Part shown: one piece after another, positions 1 to 13,870 of the stretch
Layout: the number at the start of each line of letters is the position of its first letter
Position numbering within the stretch: the stretch's first letter is position 1
NCBI GenBank assembly: GCA_951406725.2
Contig: OX597827.1
Location: 42,098,001 to 42,162,000 of the forward strand
From: Octopus vulgaris
Lineage: Eukaryota
Direction of reading: 5' to 3'
Length of the DNA stretch: 64,000 nt
Made by a program: the position numbers and the translations under genes
The notes under the pieces: model-generated
The model's input: the letters and a program-made list of their open reading frames with translations, nothing else
What the model was told of the DNA's origin: nothing
Database searches by the model: none

Positions 1-409
1 CGTTGAGCCCGAAAAGACATTACATTTGTACTTTCTACACAACTTCTATGTTCTTCGATATTAATTCATACTTTTACTTCTACCAACGTTTATCTACGAA
101 TAATTAATTCCCATACACTATCTTGCCCCAGGGAACGCTACCGATTCAATTTATAATATATAATATAGTCTATTGACTAATTTTTCTATACGCTAGGCCA
201 CTGGTAGTAAATATTTCTCAAATCTTTATTACCCTGATATTACTAATTACGTATACTGATTTCTGGAAGATTCGCTCGAATAAATTGCCGGCATCTTTTT
301 TCTCTCGACAAAAAACTGCGCTTGCGCGGTGGATTTCAAAAAATTAAAATGTATAAGTAAGAGGCACATACTGGATTGGCCTCGTGTATATATGTTTAAT
401 CTTGGCGTA

Positions 410-483
410 CCTGTTGACGAAGACTTCGCCTAGCAAATTATTTTATTTTATTTGCTAAAATAAGTCAGAAACCATGGTTCAGG
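410..483 (+). ncRNA. Type I hammerhead ribozyme-like motif (U3 core variant)
   Basis: CCTG-TTGACGA-a-GACTT..TAGCAAAT/ATTTGCTA..AAGTC-a-GAA-ACCATGGT(palindrome)-T-CAGG. Stems I, II and III all pair; core is UUGACGA instead of CUGANGA. Confidence 0.6.
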
Positions 484-622
484 AAATATATGGTAAATGT
501 TTTTTATTTTTCATTCCCTCGAGAATTTATCTCTAATTAGTGGTCTGGACTCTAGCTGTTCCTGTTAGTGTAAGGGATTCCTATGATGGAAATCTCTTAA
601 TGAGTTTAAATGTACACTGTAT

Positions 623-674
<52 letters not shown>

Positions 675-676
<2 letters not shown>

Positions 677-831
677 ACGGATTTCTTTCAGTTTCCGTCA
701 ACTAAATCCACTCACGAGGTTTTGGTCAGCCAGAGACTATAGTAGAGGACACTTATCCAAGATGTTATGCAGTGGGACTGAACCCGGAACCATGTTGTTG
801 GGAAGCAAGCTTTTTATGATACAGCCACGCC
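675..831 (-). mobile_element. SINE family A, head fragment
   Basis: Reverse complement of the tRNA-like head (GTGGCTGT..GGTTCAGTCCC) and the GTGGATTT..GGAAACTGAAAGAA body seen in full copies. Confidence 0.8.
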
Positions 832-1274
832 TGGACAAATATATAATTGATTTTTTTGACGTTAAGGCTCAAAACAAAATTTTTAGAGATTTCTTTAGCA
901 AATATTGCTAATTTGTAATAAAGGAACAATACTATCTTTACCCCATTCTGAATTATTTATTGAAATTCTTGTCTAATCTTTCCTCCGAAAAGTGTTAAAA
1001 TACAAAATTTTGTTTGTCCCTCGCCTTATATTTTAAATTATTATTTTAATTCATACTTTGCGGACGTCGACATATAAAAGTTCAACTTAAACAGCATCCG
1101 TATTGATCAAGCTATTCTAAGGACAGGCGTCCTGCAAAGGTCAAGAGTACCAGCCTTCCATCACCACAAACCAGGAACAATCAATCAATCAATCAATCAA
1201 TAAGTCAATATATTTTTATAGAAATCAATGAAGCAAGCAGACAATTATTCTATATGTTTGTGTATATATATATA

Positions 1275-1334
<60 letters not shown>

Positions 1335-1716
1335 GTATATATACATATACGTATTCATATATATGTATACGTGTATAATGTAAATGTACATATGTGTGTA
1401 TATATGTGTGTGTATATGTGTGAGTATATGTGTGCATGTATATATGTTGTATGTATGGATGTATGTGTGTGTGGGTGTGTGTATGTGTGTGTGTCTAGCA
1501 ATCGGATAAGTTATTCTATCTATCTATATATATATATATTACTGAGACAGCGATTTTGTGGATATCTTCTCTCTTGCACTCTCTCTCTCTCTTACTTACT
1601 AAATGTGTTATGTGTGTACATATGTATATATACATATATAAATATGTAGATATATATGCATATATATGTAGATATATATATGTATATATATATATATGTA
1701 CATATGCATATATATA

Positions 1717-1807
<91 letters not shown>

Positions 1808-2329
1808 CATAGTATATTTAATGCGTGTGTACATAGTATGTTACCAAGATAGCTACCACTCAAGACAATTGAAAAATGTCTGTACAGGACACTACATATA
1901 CATCCTCCATTCTTCTTTCGCATGGCATCGTTTTAATCATTTCTCTACCCATCCCTCCCTCCTCCCACTCTTCCCACTCTTCCTTCCTTCCTACCTTCCT
2001 TCCTTCCTTCTTTTCTTTCTTTCTTTCTTTCTTTCTTTGTCATCTCCGTTCTCTTGAATTCGTTTTGCTTTGCTTATCTCTCTCTCTCTCTCTCTCTCTC
2101 TCCCTCTCTCTTCTCTTTGGTTATCCTCTCCCTCTCTGTATTTTCATTCAAAAACTCGTCTTTCATCTTGGACAACAACAAACCCATGAAGAAAAATCTT
2201 ACACCAAAGCGAACCACGATCGAAAAAATAAATATATGAATAAATAAATGAATCAAATCGAATATGGAACGAAAATGATGAACAACGATACGAACAACAT
2301 CGGACCTACCGCTACCTGCATACACCCCC

Positions 2330-2885
2330 CCACCACCACCACCACCGCCGCCGCCGCCGCCGCCGCCACCACCACCACCACCACCACCACCTCCTCCTCC
2401 TCCTCCACCACCACCACCACCACCACCACCGCCGCCGCCACCACCACCACAACCAGTGCCGCAACCACTACCGCCACTACCCCTGCCACAACTGCTGCCG
2501 CTGCCACTACCGCCACCAGCATCATCAGCACGGTAACCAGCACCATTACCACCACCGCCGCCGCTGCCACCATCGTCACAACCACTACTGCCACCGCCAC
2601 CACTTCCGCTACTACAACCACCAACATCTACCGCGACCATCAAGCACTAATATCATCTTCGTTCTCCTTCCCCTATTCCCCTTCCTCATCCTCATTATCT
2701 CTGTCGTCGTCGTTGTCATCATCATCATCATAATCATTATCACCCTCGACGTCGTCGGAGTCGTCACCGTCATCATCTTCGTCGTTGTCGTCGTCGTCAT
2801 TATCATCATCATCCTCATAATCACCATCATCATCATCGTCGTTGTTTTCCTCGTCATCATCATCATCATCATCATCATTATAACC
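2330..2885. repeat. Compound trinucleotide low-complexity tract (ACC/GCC/TCC, then TCA/TCG)
   Basis: Direct inspection; accounts for the poly-T/A/G/D ORFs. Confidence 0.9.
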
Positions 2886-2955
2886 ACAACACCGTACCCT
2901 TTGACCATACTGAATCACTATCATGCGTGCGTGTAATATATGCGCACACGCACGT

Positions 2956-2991
<36 letters not shown>

Positions 2992-3017
2992 ACACACACA
3001 CACACACATATATATAC

Positions 3018-3177
3018 AACAGGCTTCTTCCAGTTTCCGTCTACCAAATCCACTCACAAGGTTTTGGTCGACCCGAAGCTATAGTAGAAGACACTTGCCC
3101 AAGGTGCAACGCAGTGGGACTGAACCTGGAACCATGTGGTTGGTAAGCAAGCTACTTACCACAGTCACACTTGCGCA
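3018..3177 (-). mobile_element. SINE family A, head fragment
   Basis: Matches the family A head on the minus strand. Confidence 0.85.
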
Positions 3178-3324
3178 TATATACATACATATATATATTT
3201 GAAAACCCACTAGAATGGGAGCAAGCGCTAATCCGAATGATATGATATATATGTAAAAAATGTAATATATAAATAAATATCTACAAATATGAACCATCTG
3301 ATCTGATTACCTCAATTTTTCTAA

Positions 3325-3361
<37 letters not shown>

Positions 3362-4010
3362 GTATGTGTGTATGTATGTATACGCCTATACATACGTATG
3401 TGTGTGTGTTTATGTATGTTGCTATGTAGCCAAAACAAATTACAAATAACAAAAAGAAAACTTAGCAACCGTTCGCGTTATCTTTGAGGCTGAAACTAAT
3501 GGTATATATGTGTGTGTTTGTGTGTGTGTGGTGGTGGTGGTGGGTTTATGCGCGCGCATGTGTATATGTGTGTGGGGCGGTTGGGGGATGCATCTATATA
3601 TACACATATTTATATGTAATATACATATACATGTAAGTGTATATGTTTATATATATATATATATATATACACACAGTAAGACACGCACACATATGTGTAC
3701 ATATGTGTGATTGTATGATTGCCTCTACAATTTTGTTTGTGTGGCTCTGTGGGTGTATGTATGTATCTCATTTAGTGTGTATATATATATGTATACACAC
3801 ACTAAATGGGACACGCACACATGTATGTACATGTGTGTGATTGCCTCTACGATTTTGTTTGTGTGTCTCTGTGGGTGTATGTATGTATGTTTATATATGT
3901 ATATATATATATATATATAATTTTAATCCAAACGGGAAACAAAAAAACAACAACAATGGAACAATTACAGTATTATTATTAATAGGCGCTCAGGAAATGG
4001 AAGCAGGGAG

Positions 4011-4045
4011 GTATGACGTTTCGAGCGGAGCTCTTCGTCGGAAAC
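4011..4045 (-). ncRNA. Minimal HHR-like motif (CCGACGA core) in a Penelope-like repeat starting near 3920
   Basis: Minus strand: GTTT-CCGACGA-a-GAGC tcc GCTC-GAA-ACGT-C-ATAC. Shares the downstream TTCCTGAGCGC with the copy at 45520. Confidence 0.5.
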
Positions 4046-5295
4046 ATAAAGAAGGAAGAGAGAGGAAAGAAAGATCCCGGAGCGGGCAACGGAGATAGAG
4101 AAAAAAACGACAGGTGTTAGGAGTAGCACATGGTGAAAGGCGGATGTTTACGATAACAAGAGCAAAGTGGGTTTTTAAAGGCAAAAGAGTGGAGACAAGG
4201 TTGGTAACGCAACAGATGTGTGTGTATGTGTGAGTGTGTGCGTGTGCGTGTGTGTATGTGTGTGTGTGAGGCGAGGTAAAAAAACAAAAAATATATGTAT
4301 GTGTTAGTGTGTGCGTCTGTGTGTAGGCGTGTGAGGTAGGGCGAGACGGTGGTCAGCATAGCAGCAGCATAGCAGACAAAGGTCAGTAGTAAGAAAAGGG
4401 AGGAAGGAGGAAGGGAGGGAGGGGAAGGGGTGGGGGCGTATGTAGCGTGCCAGCGTGTGTTGAGTAGTAGTGTGTGTGTGTGTCCAGTGTCGTGGTAGTA
4501 TTAGTGGCGAGTAGATTGAATGTGTGTAAGAGTAATGTATATGTTTAAGCAATGTGTGTATATGTGTGCGCGTGTGTGTAACGAAAAAAAAGGGGGGGGT
4601 TAGGAAAAGGACTCCAGCGGAGGGGAAGATGGAAGAGTGGTCCCGCGGAGACGGGCGTGGGAAAACCCAACGACAAGCGACATCCCAGGAACGGGCGGGA
4701 GGTCTCGTCGGGTCCAAGGGCGAGGTGCATGCGGGGCGCATGCGTGCGCGAACCGGCGCAAACGCGTGTGTGCGCGCGCCTGCGAGTGTGCGCGTACGTA
4801 TGTGTGCGTGTGGATGTGTGAGTGTGTCTGTGTGTATGTCTGGGTGGCAGTGTGTCCGATGAATGTATGTGAGTATGTGTGTATATATGTGTGTGCATAG
4901 ATGTATGTCCGTGTGTGTGTGTGTGTGTGTATGTGTGTATGAGTGTGTATGTATGTACGTGTGGGTGTGGGGAAGTGTGTGTATGTGCATGTGTGTGCGC
5001 GAACATACAGGTGTGTGAGTGAGTGCGTGTGTGTGTATGTATGTGTGAGTGTGTATGTATGTGTGTGTAGGATGCATGTATGTGTATGGGTGTATGTATG
5101 CGTGTGTGTATGTGTATGTATGTAAGTATGTATGGGTGTGTCCGTGTATGTGTGTATGTATGTGTGTGTATGTAGCTGTGTGGGCGTGTGTATATGTGTG
5201 GGCGTGTGTATATGTGTGTGTATGTAGGTGTATGTATGTATGTCTGGGTGTGTCCGTGCATGTTTGTGTGTGTGTGTGTATGCATGTGTATGTAG

Positions 5296-5374
<79 letters not shown>

Positions 5375-5869
5375 TGCATATACACACACATCCATTCATA
5401 CGTAAGCATACTAACACACCTGGCGGTATACTATTGCTTCTTCTGTCGATTAAGAGTCAACGACCTGTAAACCAAAAGCGGAACACTGACGTTATGCCAC
5501 GTTCATCTTCGGAATCATTTCTGCCGGTCGGCATTCTTTGTTAACAAAAACAACAACTACAACAACAACAACAACAACAACAACTACAACAGCAACGGCA
5601 GCAATAACAACTACTGTGACACTACTGGAATTAAAAGCACCAATAAAGAAGTAACGACAGCTACAATGATATTCTAAGCATCGCCAGAAACAACCAGAAG
5701 AATAATAAAACACACAACATCATAAGCAACAATAATGGCTGCCTTTGGGAAAGTTCAGTTACATTTAACGTCATAAAATACTCAAATCCAACCGCGCCCA
5801 CGCATTTCTGCTATTCTTTCTCTTTAAAATCCTCTCTTTTCACTTTTTTCTCCACTTCAGGTTCGTCTC

Positions 5870-5988
5870 CGTTCGTTTCTTTCTCTCTTTCTTTCCTTCT
5901 TTTTTTGTTCCTTTCTTTCTTTTTGCATTCTTTCTTTATTTCTTTCCTTCTTTATTTCTTTCTTTCCTTCCTTCTTCCTTTCTTTCCT

Positions 5989-6020
<32 letters not shown>

Positions 6021-6348
6021 TATTTCTTTCCTTCTTTATTTCTTTCTTTCCTTCCTTCTTCCTTTCTTTCCTTCTTTCTTTCTTTCTTTCTTTCTTTCTT
6101 TTCTTTCTTTTATCTTTTCTTTGTTTCTTTCTTTTTCCTTTCCTTTCTTTTTCTTTCTTTTGTTTGTTTCTTTGTTTTTCTTTCCTTCCTTCTTTCTTTC
6201 TTGTTCCTTTCTTTCTTTTTTCTTTTTTCTTTTCTGTTTTTCTTTCTTTTGTTTGTTTGTTTCTTTCTTTCTTCATTTGTTTGTTTCTTTCTTCCCTTGT
6301 TTGTTTGTTTGTTTGTTTGTTTGTTTGTTTCTTTCTTTCTTTTTCTTG
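5870..6348. repeat. (TTTC)n/(TTTG)n polypyrimidine tract
   Basis: Direct inspection. Confidence 0.9.
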
Positions 6349-6421
6349 TATATTTAGATCGTTGCTTTTCTCATGTCTTTTCATTGCTACTCTTGTTATT
6401 CCTAGTATCTTTTATTTATTA

Positions 6422-6812
6422 CTAGCAGTATCGCCCGGCGTTGCTCGGGTTGTAAGGGAAATAACTATATAAGCATTTTTAGAGAGTTATAGCCAAAAAA
6501 TAGCAAAAAAATGCATTAAAAATGGGAAAAAAATGATGGTAAATTTTTTTTAAATCGTTGACTCATCGTAGACATTTTTAGAGTTACTTCCCTTATATAA
6601 TAGCGAAAAAAATGCATTAAAATGGAAAAAATGATGGTAATTTTTTTAAATCGTAGACTCATCGTAGACGCGCGGTAATACCCAGAAGGGCTCGATATGA
6701 ATCACGACTATAAGATACCCGGTTTTGGTTAAACTGCACCGCAAAATGTGGGAGGAGTTAGGAATCTAAATCGTAGGAGACAGACACACAACTTCACTTT
6801 TATATATAAAGA
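6422..6812 (-). mobile_element. Non-autonomous Helitron
   Basis: Minus strand starts A|TCTTTATATAT and ends with hairpin CCCGAGCAACGCCGGG followed by CTAG|T. No TSD; internal ~70-bp duplication. Confidence 0.85.
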
Positions 6813-6946
6813 TTTTATTTATTCGAGTATCTTTTATTTAATTATCTATTCGGAATCCCCACCCCGTTCTCTCACCTTCTACACACACACACATACACAC
6901 ACTTATATATACGCGCACCTCCTCTTCAGCACACACGCATACATAC

Positions 6947-6999
<53 letters not shown>

Positions 7000-7046
7000 T
7001 ATATGTGCGTGTGTGTATGTGTGTTTATTTATTTACATTAAAATAC

Positions 7047-7150
<104 letters not shown>

Positions 7151-8096
7151 CTTATACACACATACGTATATATGCGGAAATATACATGTATATATGCCTA
7201 TACTTATATATTCATGCGAATGTGTTTGTATATACATTCACACGTATATGCGTATTGATATGTGCATCTAATTATGTATATACATGTATTTGTGCACGCA
7301 CACACACACACACACATACACACACATACACACTTGCACGCTCACACAAACCCACACGTATACATATACGCCATCGCAACACTTCACTGACAAATCTCAT
7401 TTCGAAGTCACGACGTGATCTCAACGAAATACACAGGAACGTAAAATGAACGATTTTATATTAAATCACAATCTTCTCTACAGCCATTACTCCCTCTCTC
7501 TGTGTTTGTCTATCTCTCTGTCTCTATCTGTCTGTCTGTCTCTCAATCTCTCTCTCTCTCTCTTTCTCTTTCTCTTTCTTACTCTCACTTTATGTCTCGC
7601 TTTACCAAAATCCGCTGAGCCCCTCACGTCCGTGTCCAGCATGAAAAACAATTTCAACTCCAGCATCACGCAAAACTTTATCTCTCAGAAGTCCTTCCCG
7701 TTCCCATAGCCTTTATGTATCTTCCTCTGGCGTGGTTGCGCGGTAAGAAGTTTGCTTCCGAACCAAATTGGTTTCGGGTTCAATCTCACAATGACTGCTG
7801 TGACTTCTATTCCACCTCCCGTTTATCCTCCTTTCGCAAATTTATAAAGCAATAGTGTCAAGATTGTTTTTACCTTTCACCTTTCATTTCTTTCAGTCGT
7901 TGCACTGCGGGCCTTGCCGGGCCACCGTCTTGGAGACGCTTTTGGTCGAACGAACCGGCACTTGGTACTTATTCTATTTTTAACTTTTGCCGGACCGCTA
8001 AGTTACTACATAAACCAACACCAATTGTCCAGATGCGGTGGGGGAGAAACACAGACACAGACACACACAGACACACACAGACACACACACACACAC

Positions 8097-8215
<119 letters not shown>

Positions 8216-8835
8216 TAATATGTAAAGGTAAGATCTAAGGATCAAGATGTAGGAAGGTGGTAAGATTCGAGCAGTCCGTAAAAGGTATGAAAAAACAATT
8301 TTCCGGAACAATAAGGGCTTATTGACGTAGATGGTTGTAAATTTTTCCCATATCGAAATTCGATAAACTGGAAAAAGTCATATTATAGTTCACGATTAGC
8401 AGCTGGGGTTGTTATGTATGCGAATGGGGGGGGGGGGAGTGGATAATATCCAGGCTACATATGTTTCATAGCTACCAGAACCTCGTAAGTAACAGCAATA
8501 TATAACATATATTCGACGAGCTTCAGTTTCCGTCTACCAAATCCACTCACAAGGCTTTGGTCAGAAGATACTTACCCAAGGTTCCACGCAGTAGGACTGA
8601 ACCCGGAACTATGTGGTCCGTAAGCAAGCTACTTATAATACAGCCACAATTACGCCTATACTTACCACACAGCCACTATTACGCCTATTGGTTTCAGTAT
8701 ATATTTTAGTTCGGACAATTCTTATTTTATCTTAACTCAACCCGTATATTTATGTGTTAATCATAGTCCGCCTGATTTGAACTTTTCCATTCTATCCGCA
8801 ATAAATATCTAACGCCTTATGTTCGACTTGGGCAC

Positions 8836-9408
8836 TTCTTTTCTACACTAGGCACAAGGCCCGACATTTTGGGGGAGAGGGCCAGTCGATTAGATCGACC
8901 CCAGTATGCAACTGGCACTTAATTTATCGACCCCGAAAGGACGAAAGGCAAAGTCGACCTCGGCGGAATTTGAACTCAGAACATAACGGTAGACGAAATA
9001 CCTATTTCTTTACTACCCACAAGGGGTTAAACATAGAGTGGACAAACAAGGACAGACAAAGGGATTAAGTCGATTACATCGACTCCAGTGCGTAACTGGT
9101 ACTTATTTAATCGACCCCGAAAGGCAAAGTCGACCTCGGCAGAATTTGAACTCAGAACCTAGCGGCAGACGAAATACCTATTTCTTTACTACCCACACGG
9201 GGCTAAACATAGAGTGGACAAACAAGGACAGACAAAGGTATTAGGTCGATTATATCGACCCCAGTGTAACTGGTACTTAATTTATCGACCCCGAAAGGAT
9301 GAAAGGCAAAGTCGACCTCGGCGGAATTTGAACTCAGAACGTAGAGGCACACAAAATACTGCTAAGCATTTCGCCGACGTGCTAACGTTTCTGCCAACTC
9401 GCCGCCTT
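8836..9408 (-). mobile_element. SINE family B (tRNA-derived) with triplicated internal module
   Basis: Head AAGGCGGCGAG(T/C)TGGCAGAAACGTTAGC. The B-box-like GAGTTCAAATTC..GTCGACTTTGCCTTTC module occurs three times. Confidence 0.85.
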
Positions 9409-9620
9409 GTGAGAATTCTATATTGAATGAACGGTTTCTTCTATAATAACCACCGAAGTTTCAAATAACAGGGGAGAAAAAACGCTATTACTTTTGCATG
9501 TATCTAATTAATATACTCAGGTTAGACTTGAACACTTCTAGGCTATCTATATGTCTCGTAAGAAAATTATAACTGTATATATATATATATATATATATAT
9601 ATCTTTTCTTTCTTTCTTTA

Positions 9621-10008
9621 TCTTTTACTTGTTTCAGTCATTTGACTGCGGCCATGCTGGAGCACCGCCTTTAGTCGAGCAAATCGACCCCGGGACTTAT
9701 TCTTTGTAAGCCCAGTACTTATTCTATCGGTCTCTTTTGCCGAACCGCTAGGTGACGGGGACGTAAACACACCAGCATCGGTTGTCAAGCAATGCCAGGG
9801 GGACAAACACACAAACACACACACATATATATATATACATATATACGACAGGCTTCTTTCAGTTTCCGTCTACCAAATCCACTCACAAGGCATTGGTCGG
9901 CCCGGGGCTATAGCAGAAGACACTTGCCCAAGATGCCACGCAGTGGGACTGAACCCGGAGCCATGTGGTTGGTTAGCAAGCTACTTACCACACAGCCACT
10001 CCTGCGCC
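9621..10008 (-). mobile_element. SINE family A, full length
   Basis: A box TGGCTGTGTGGT, B box GGTTCAGTCCC, central microsatellite, 3' part ending GAAACAAGTAAAAG. Confidence 0.9.
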
Positions 10009-10012
10009 TTAT

Positions 10013-10128
<116 letters not shown>

Positions 10129-10343
10129 TTCAGTCCCACTGCGTGGTTCCTTGAGCAAGTGTCTTCTAATGTAGCCTTGGGCCGATCAATGCCTTGTGAG
10201 TGGATTTGGTAGACGGAAATATATATATATATATATATATATACCGTTCTAATGAAATACGAAACTCTGCACTCATATTCTGTATTGAGAACTATATTTT
10301 GAAAGTAATTAACTTCGTTTGAGCGAGTTGCAGTGAACATTTT

Positions 10344-10396
<53 letters not shown>

Positions 10397-10714
10397 ATCT
10401 TTTGATGTAGCAGTTTGCCGGTTTGCATCATATGGTATATTTATACATCAATTCAGTTCAGTGGTGTTTATTTATCAGGCAACATGCCTGCATACCGTTG
10501 CAACACGTTGAAACGGCGTGGCTCGATGTACCTTCAGAAACGAAATAGGTTATTGTGTGGGCTGAGACTTGCACTTCTGTCTCTGAGGGTGAGCACCGCT
10601 GTGCTGCGCTTCTCTCACTGCTTGCGAGCATAAAGGTGTGTGTGAGAATATGTACTCTCTGTGATTCTGTATGTGAGTGTGGTTGTGTGAGTGTTTGTGT
10701 TTGTAGACCTGTGG

Positions 10715-10750
<36 letters not shown>

Positions 10751-10926
10751 TTCACAGTACGGTTTATGTTACACAAAGCATGTATCTAAGAATCAAAGTT
10801 AAAGCCTCATTGCTGTAGAAATTGGAATACAGCTGTGCATGTATGAGTCGCCCAATATGTATATAGGTCTCTGTGTGTTTGTACTTTGTAAATATATGTT
10901 AGTGAGTATGTATGCATATATATTTA

Positions 10927-11011
<85 letters not shown>

Positions 11012-11012
11012 T

Positions 11013-11082
<70 letters not shown>

Positions 11083-11685
11083 AAGATAGATAGATATTCA
11101 TTCTTTTCAACTCTAGGCTCAAGGCCCGAAATTTTTGGGGAGGGGGCCAGTCAATTAGACAACTGGTGCTTAATTTATCAAGGATGAAAGGATGAAAGGC
11201 AAATTCGATCTCGGTGGAATTTGAATATATATATATATATAAATATATATATAACCTCCTATACTATTTCTAAAAATAGCAACCATCCTTGCCAAATACA
11301 CACACAAGACTCGAGGTGAAGAAAAACGTTTGGTCGTTCCCCTAAAATTCTGTATAAATATTTAAATATGACTTCTGATAAAGATTTGAATAAGCAATAT
11401 ACGCTTTCTCCTATCAAATACTGTCTAAAAATTCTCTCTGCATACATGCTTATACACAATCAAGAAGTAAGTACGAATATTTTACTACTTATTTTGAACA
11501 CTTTTCTGTAAACTGCTTAAACACAAAGCCCCTCTTAGCCTTTTCTTATCATTGTCAAAGACTCTTTCACCGTATTTTCATACATCTATGTTAATTATTT
11601 TTTAACCCCAGAAATGCTACACAAAGCCTTACATTTTACTTCTGAAATTTTTTTCTAAATTTGAAACCAATCAGATATAAATATA

Positions 11686-11776
<91 letters not shown>

Positions 11777-11805
11777 GTATATATATGTGTATATATATAT
11801 GTATA

Positions 11806-11853
<48 letters not shown>

Positions 11854-11855
<2 letters not shown>

Positions 11856-12254
11856 CGCAGGAGTGGCAGTGTGGTAAGTAGCTTGCTTACGAACCACATG
11901 GTTCCGGGTTCAGTCCCACTGCGTGGCACCTTGGGCAAATGTCTTCTTCTATAGCCTCGGGCCGACCAAAGCCTTGTGAGTGGATTTGGTAGACGGAAAC
12001 TGAAAGAAGCCCGTCGTATATATGTGTATATATATGTGTGTGTGTGTGCGTTTGTTTGCGTGTCTGTGTTTGTCCCCCTAACATTGCTTGACAACCGATG
12101 CTGGTGTGTTTATGTCCCCGTCTCTGCAAAAGAGACCGATAGAATAAGTACTGGGCTTACAAAGAATAAGTCCCGGGGTCGAGTTGCTCGATTTAAGGCG
12201 GTGCTCCAGCATGGCCGCAGTCAAATGACTGAAGCAAGTAAAAGAGTAAAAGAG
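11854..12254 (+). mobile_element. SINE family A, full length
   Basis: GGCGCAGGAGTGGC head through the (AGTAAAAG)n tail. Confidence 0.9.
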
Positions 12255-12268
12255 AATATATATATATA

Positions 12269-12457
12269 TAACCCAGCATACTAACTGCTTGGCTATGCAT
12301 CTTCACTACGTATACACATATATATATAGCTATATACATATGAATACATATATATATATATATATAACTCTACACACACGCCACGTGTGTATGTGTGTGT
12401 GTAGAGTTATATATATGTAGTGAAGATGCATAGCCAAGCAGTTAGTATACTGGGTTA
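12269..12457. repeat. Local fold-back (inverted duplication)
   Basis: 12269-12309 is the reverse complement of 12417-12457 (1 mismatch); inner arms 12361-12379 and 12395-12413. Confidence 0.85.
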
Positions 12458-12817
12458 AGATCGTAAGTTCTATTCCTGGATGGGGCTGAACGTTGTTTCC
12501 TGGAGCAAGACAGTTTATTTCGCTTTATTGTAGTGAATTCAGCTGCACTTGAGATTGAAACTGAACTCGAAGCATCGTGGGTACAAAGTGAGTTTCTTGG
12601 GTACCCAACAATACCCCTCTCTATGTGTATATATATATGTGTATATATATATATATGTAAATATATGTATTTATATGTATATATATGTATACACACACAT
12701 ATTTATATACATTTTGAATTTGTTGGTACTGGCAGTCTGAACGGGTCATCTGAGGTGATAAGTCGCCAAAGGGTATGATCTTTCTTTTTAGTGCTTCCAA
12801 ATCCAAAATAAGAAATG

Positions 12818-12878
12818 TTGAGCTGACGAAAGAAATGCTGAGTTTATTTGGCTAATCTAGAAACGTTAACGTTCTCAA
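12818..12878 (+). ncRNA. Type I hammerhead ribozyme (canonical core)
   Basis: TTGAG-CTGACGA-aAGA..GCTGAGT/ATTTGGC..TCTa-GAA-ACGTTAACGT(10-nt palindrome)-T-CTCAA; predicted GUU cleavage after 12873. Confidence 0.75.
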
Positions 12879-13070
12879 ATAATCTTTGTACTTGTGATAT
12901 TTTTCTGTTTTTACCTCCATACCTTCGTGAGTTATTTTGAGTAAACATTATCTGAGAGAAATTTTCTTTAAGTAGTGGAAATGGCAAAAAAACTTTTTTG
13001 GCTGCTATTTCTAGCAAATTCAGTATGTGGCAAAGTAATTTATTTTACTAAGCCCTAATTATATAATGTA

Positions 13071-13103
<33 letters not shown>

Positions 13104-13870
13104 TATGTTCATATATACATATATATATGTCTATGTATATATATATATGAATATATATATGCATATATATATATATGTATACACATATATATAAATATAC
13201 GTATATATATACACGTATGTTGTATATGTATACATACATACATATACACATACATACATGATTTAAACGTGTACGTGTCATACACGACCTCGCCGATCAA
13301 ATCTAAAACATAATCCCTTGATGTAATCGACGATAAATAGTTAACAATAAGTTAGGATAATTAGTGTTAAACCATTAGTCTATCTCATTAATAAGGAACA
13401 TAGTTAAGTAATTCACAGCCATGAAGTCTGTCATGCGTGAAGTATTGCCTTATTTCGTATCCGAACAACGATTTTATTCAATTAGCGTTTACTGATCCGC
13501 TACACACAATCCGCTGAGAATTCTCATGATTATAATCAGTAGCGTATATATGTTTAACATATATAGTATTCATCTTAATGTTGCTAATGAGTCTGCTTGC
13601 TCGCCGGACAAAATGTTTAGCAGCATTTCTTCCGAATTTGCACGCTGTTCAAATACTATGTAGGTCTGTTTTGCATTTTCATCTTTTCGAGGTTTATAAA
13701 ATGACTTTCCAGTTGCGGACTAGAGTTAATGTAATCGATTTATCCTTACTACTAAAGTAGCTGACATTTTTTTCAATATTTGAAACCATTTTCATTGGAC
13801 AAAGTAACAGTTTTTTTGTAGCTATGTCGTACTGGCAATCGGCAAATTGAGCAGGTTAGTATTGCCTGCA

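Noticed and set aside
7600-7712. Unique stretch as a coding exon on either strand
   Set aside because: No convincing acceptor/donor pair and no recognisable peptide.
8320-8500. Two HHR-like traces (TTGACGT..GAAATTCGATA on +; CTTACGA..GAAACATATGTA on -)
   Set aside because: The cores are mutated and stems I/II do not pair convincingly.
10246-10305. CTAATGA-AATAC..GTATT-GAGAA as an HHR
   Set aside because: Both catalytic boxes are altered; at best an old relic.
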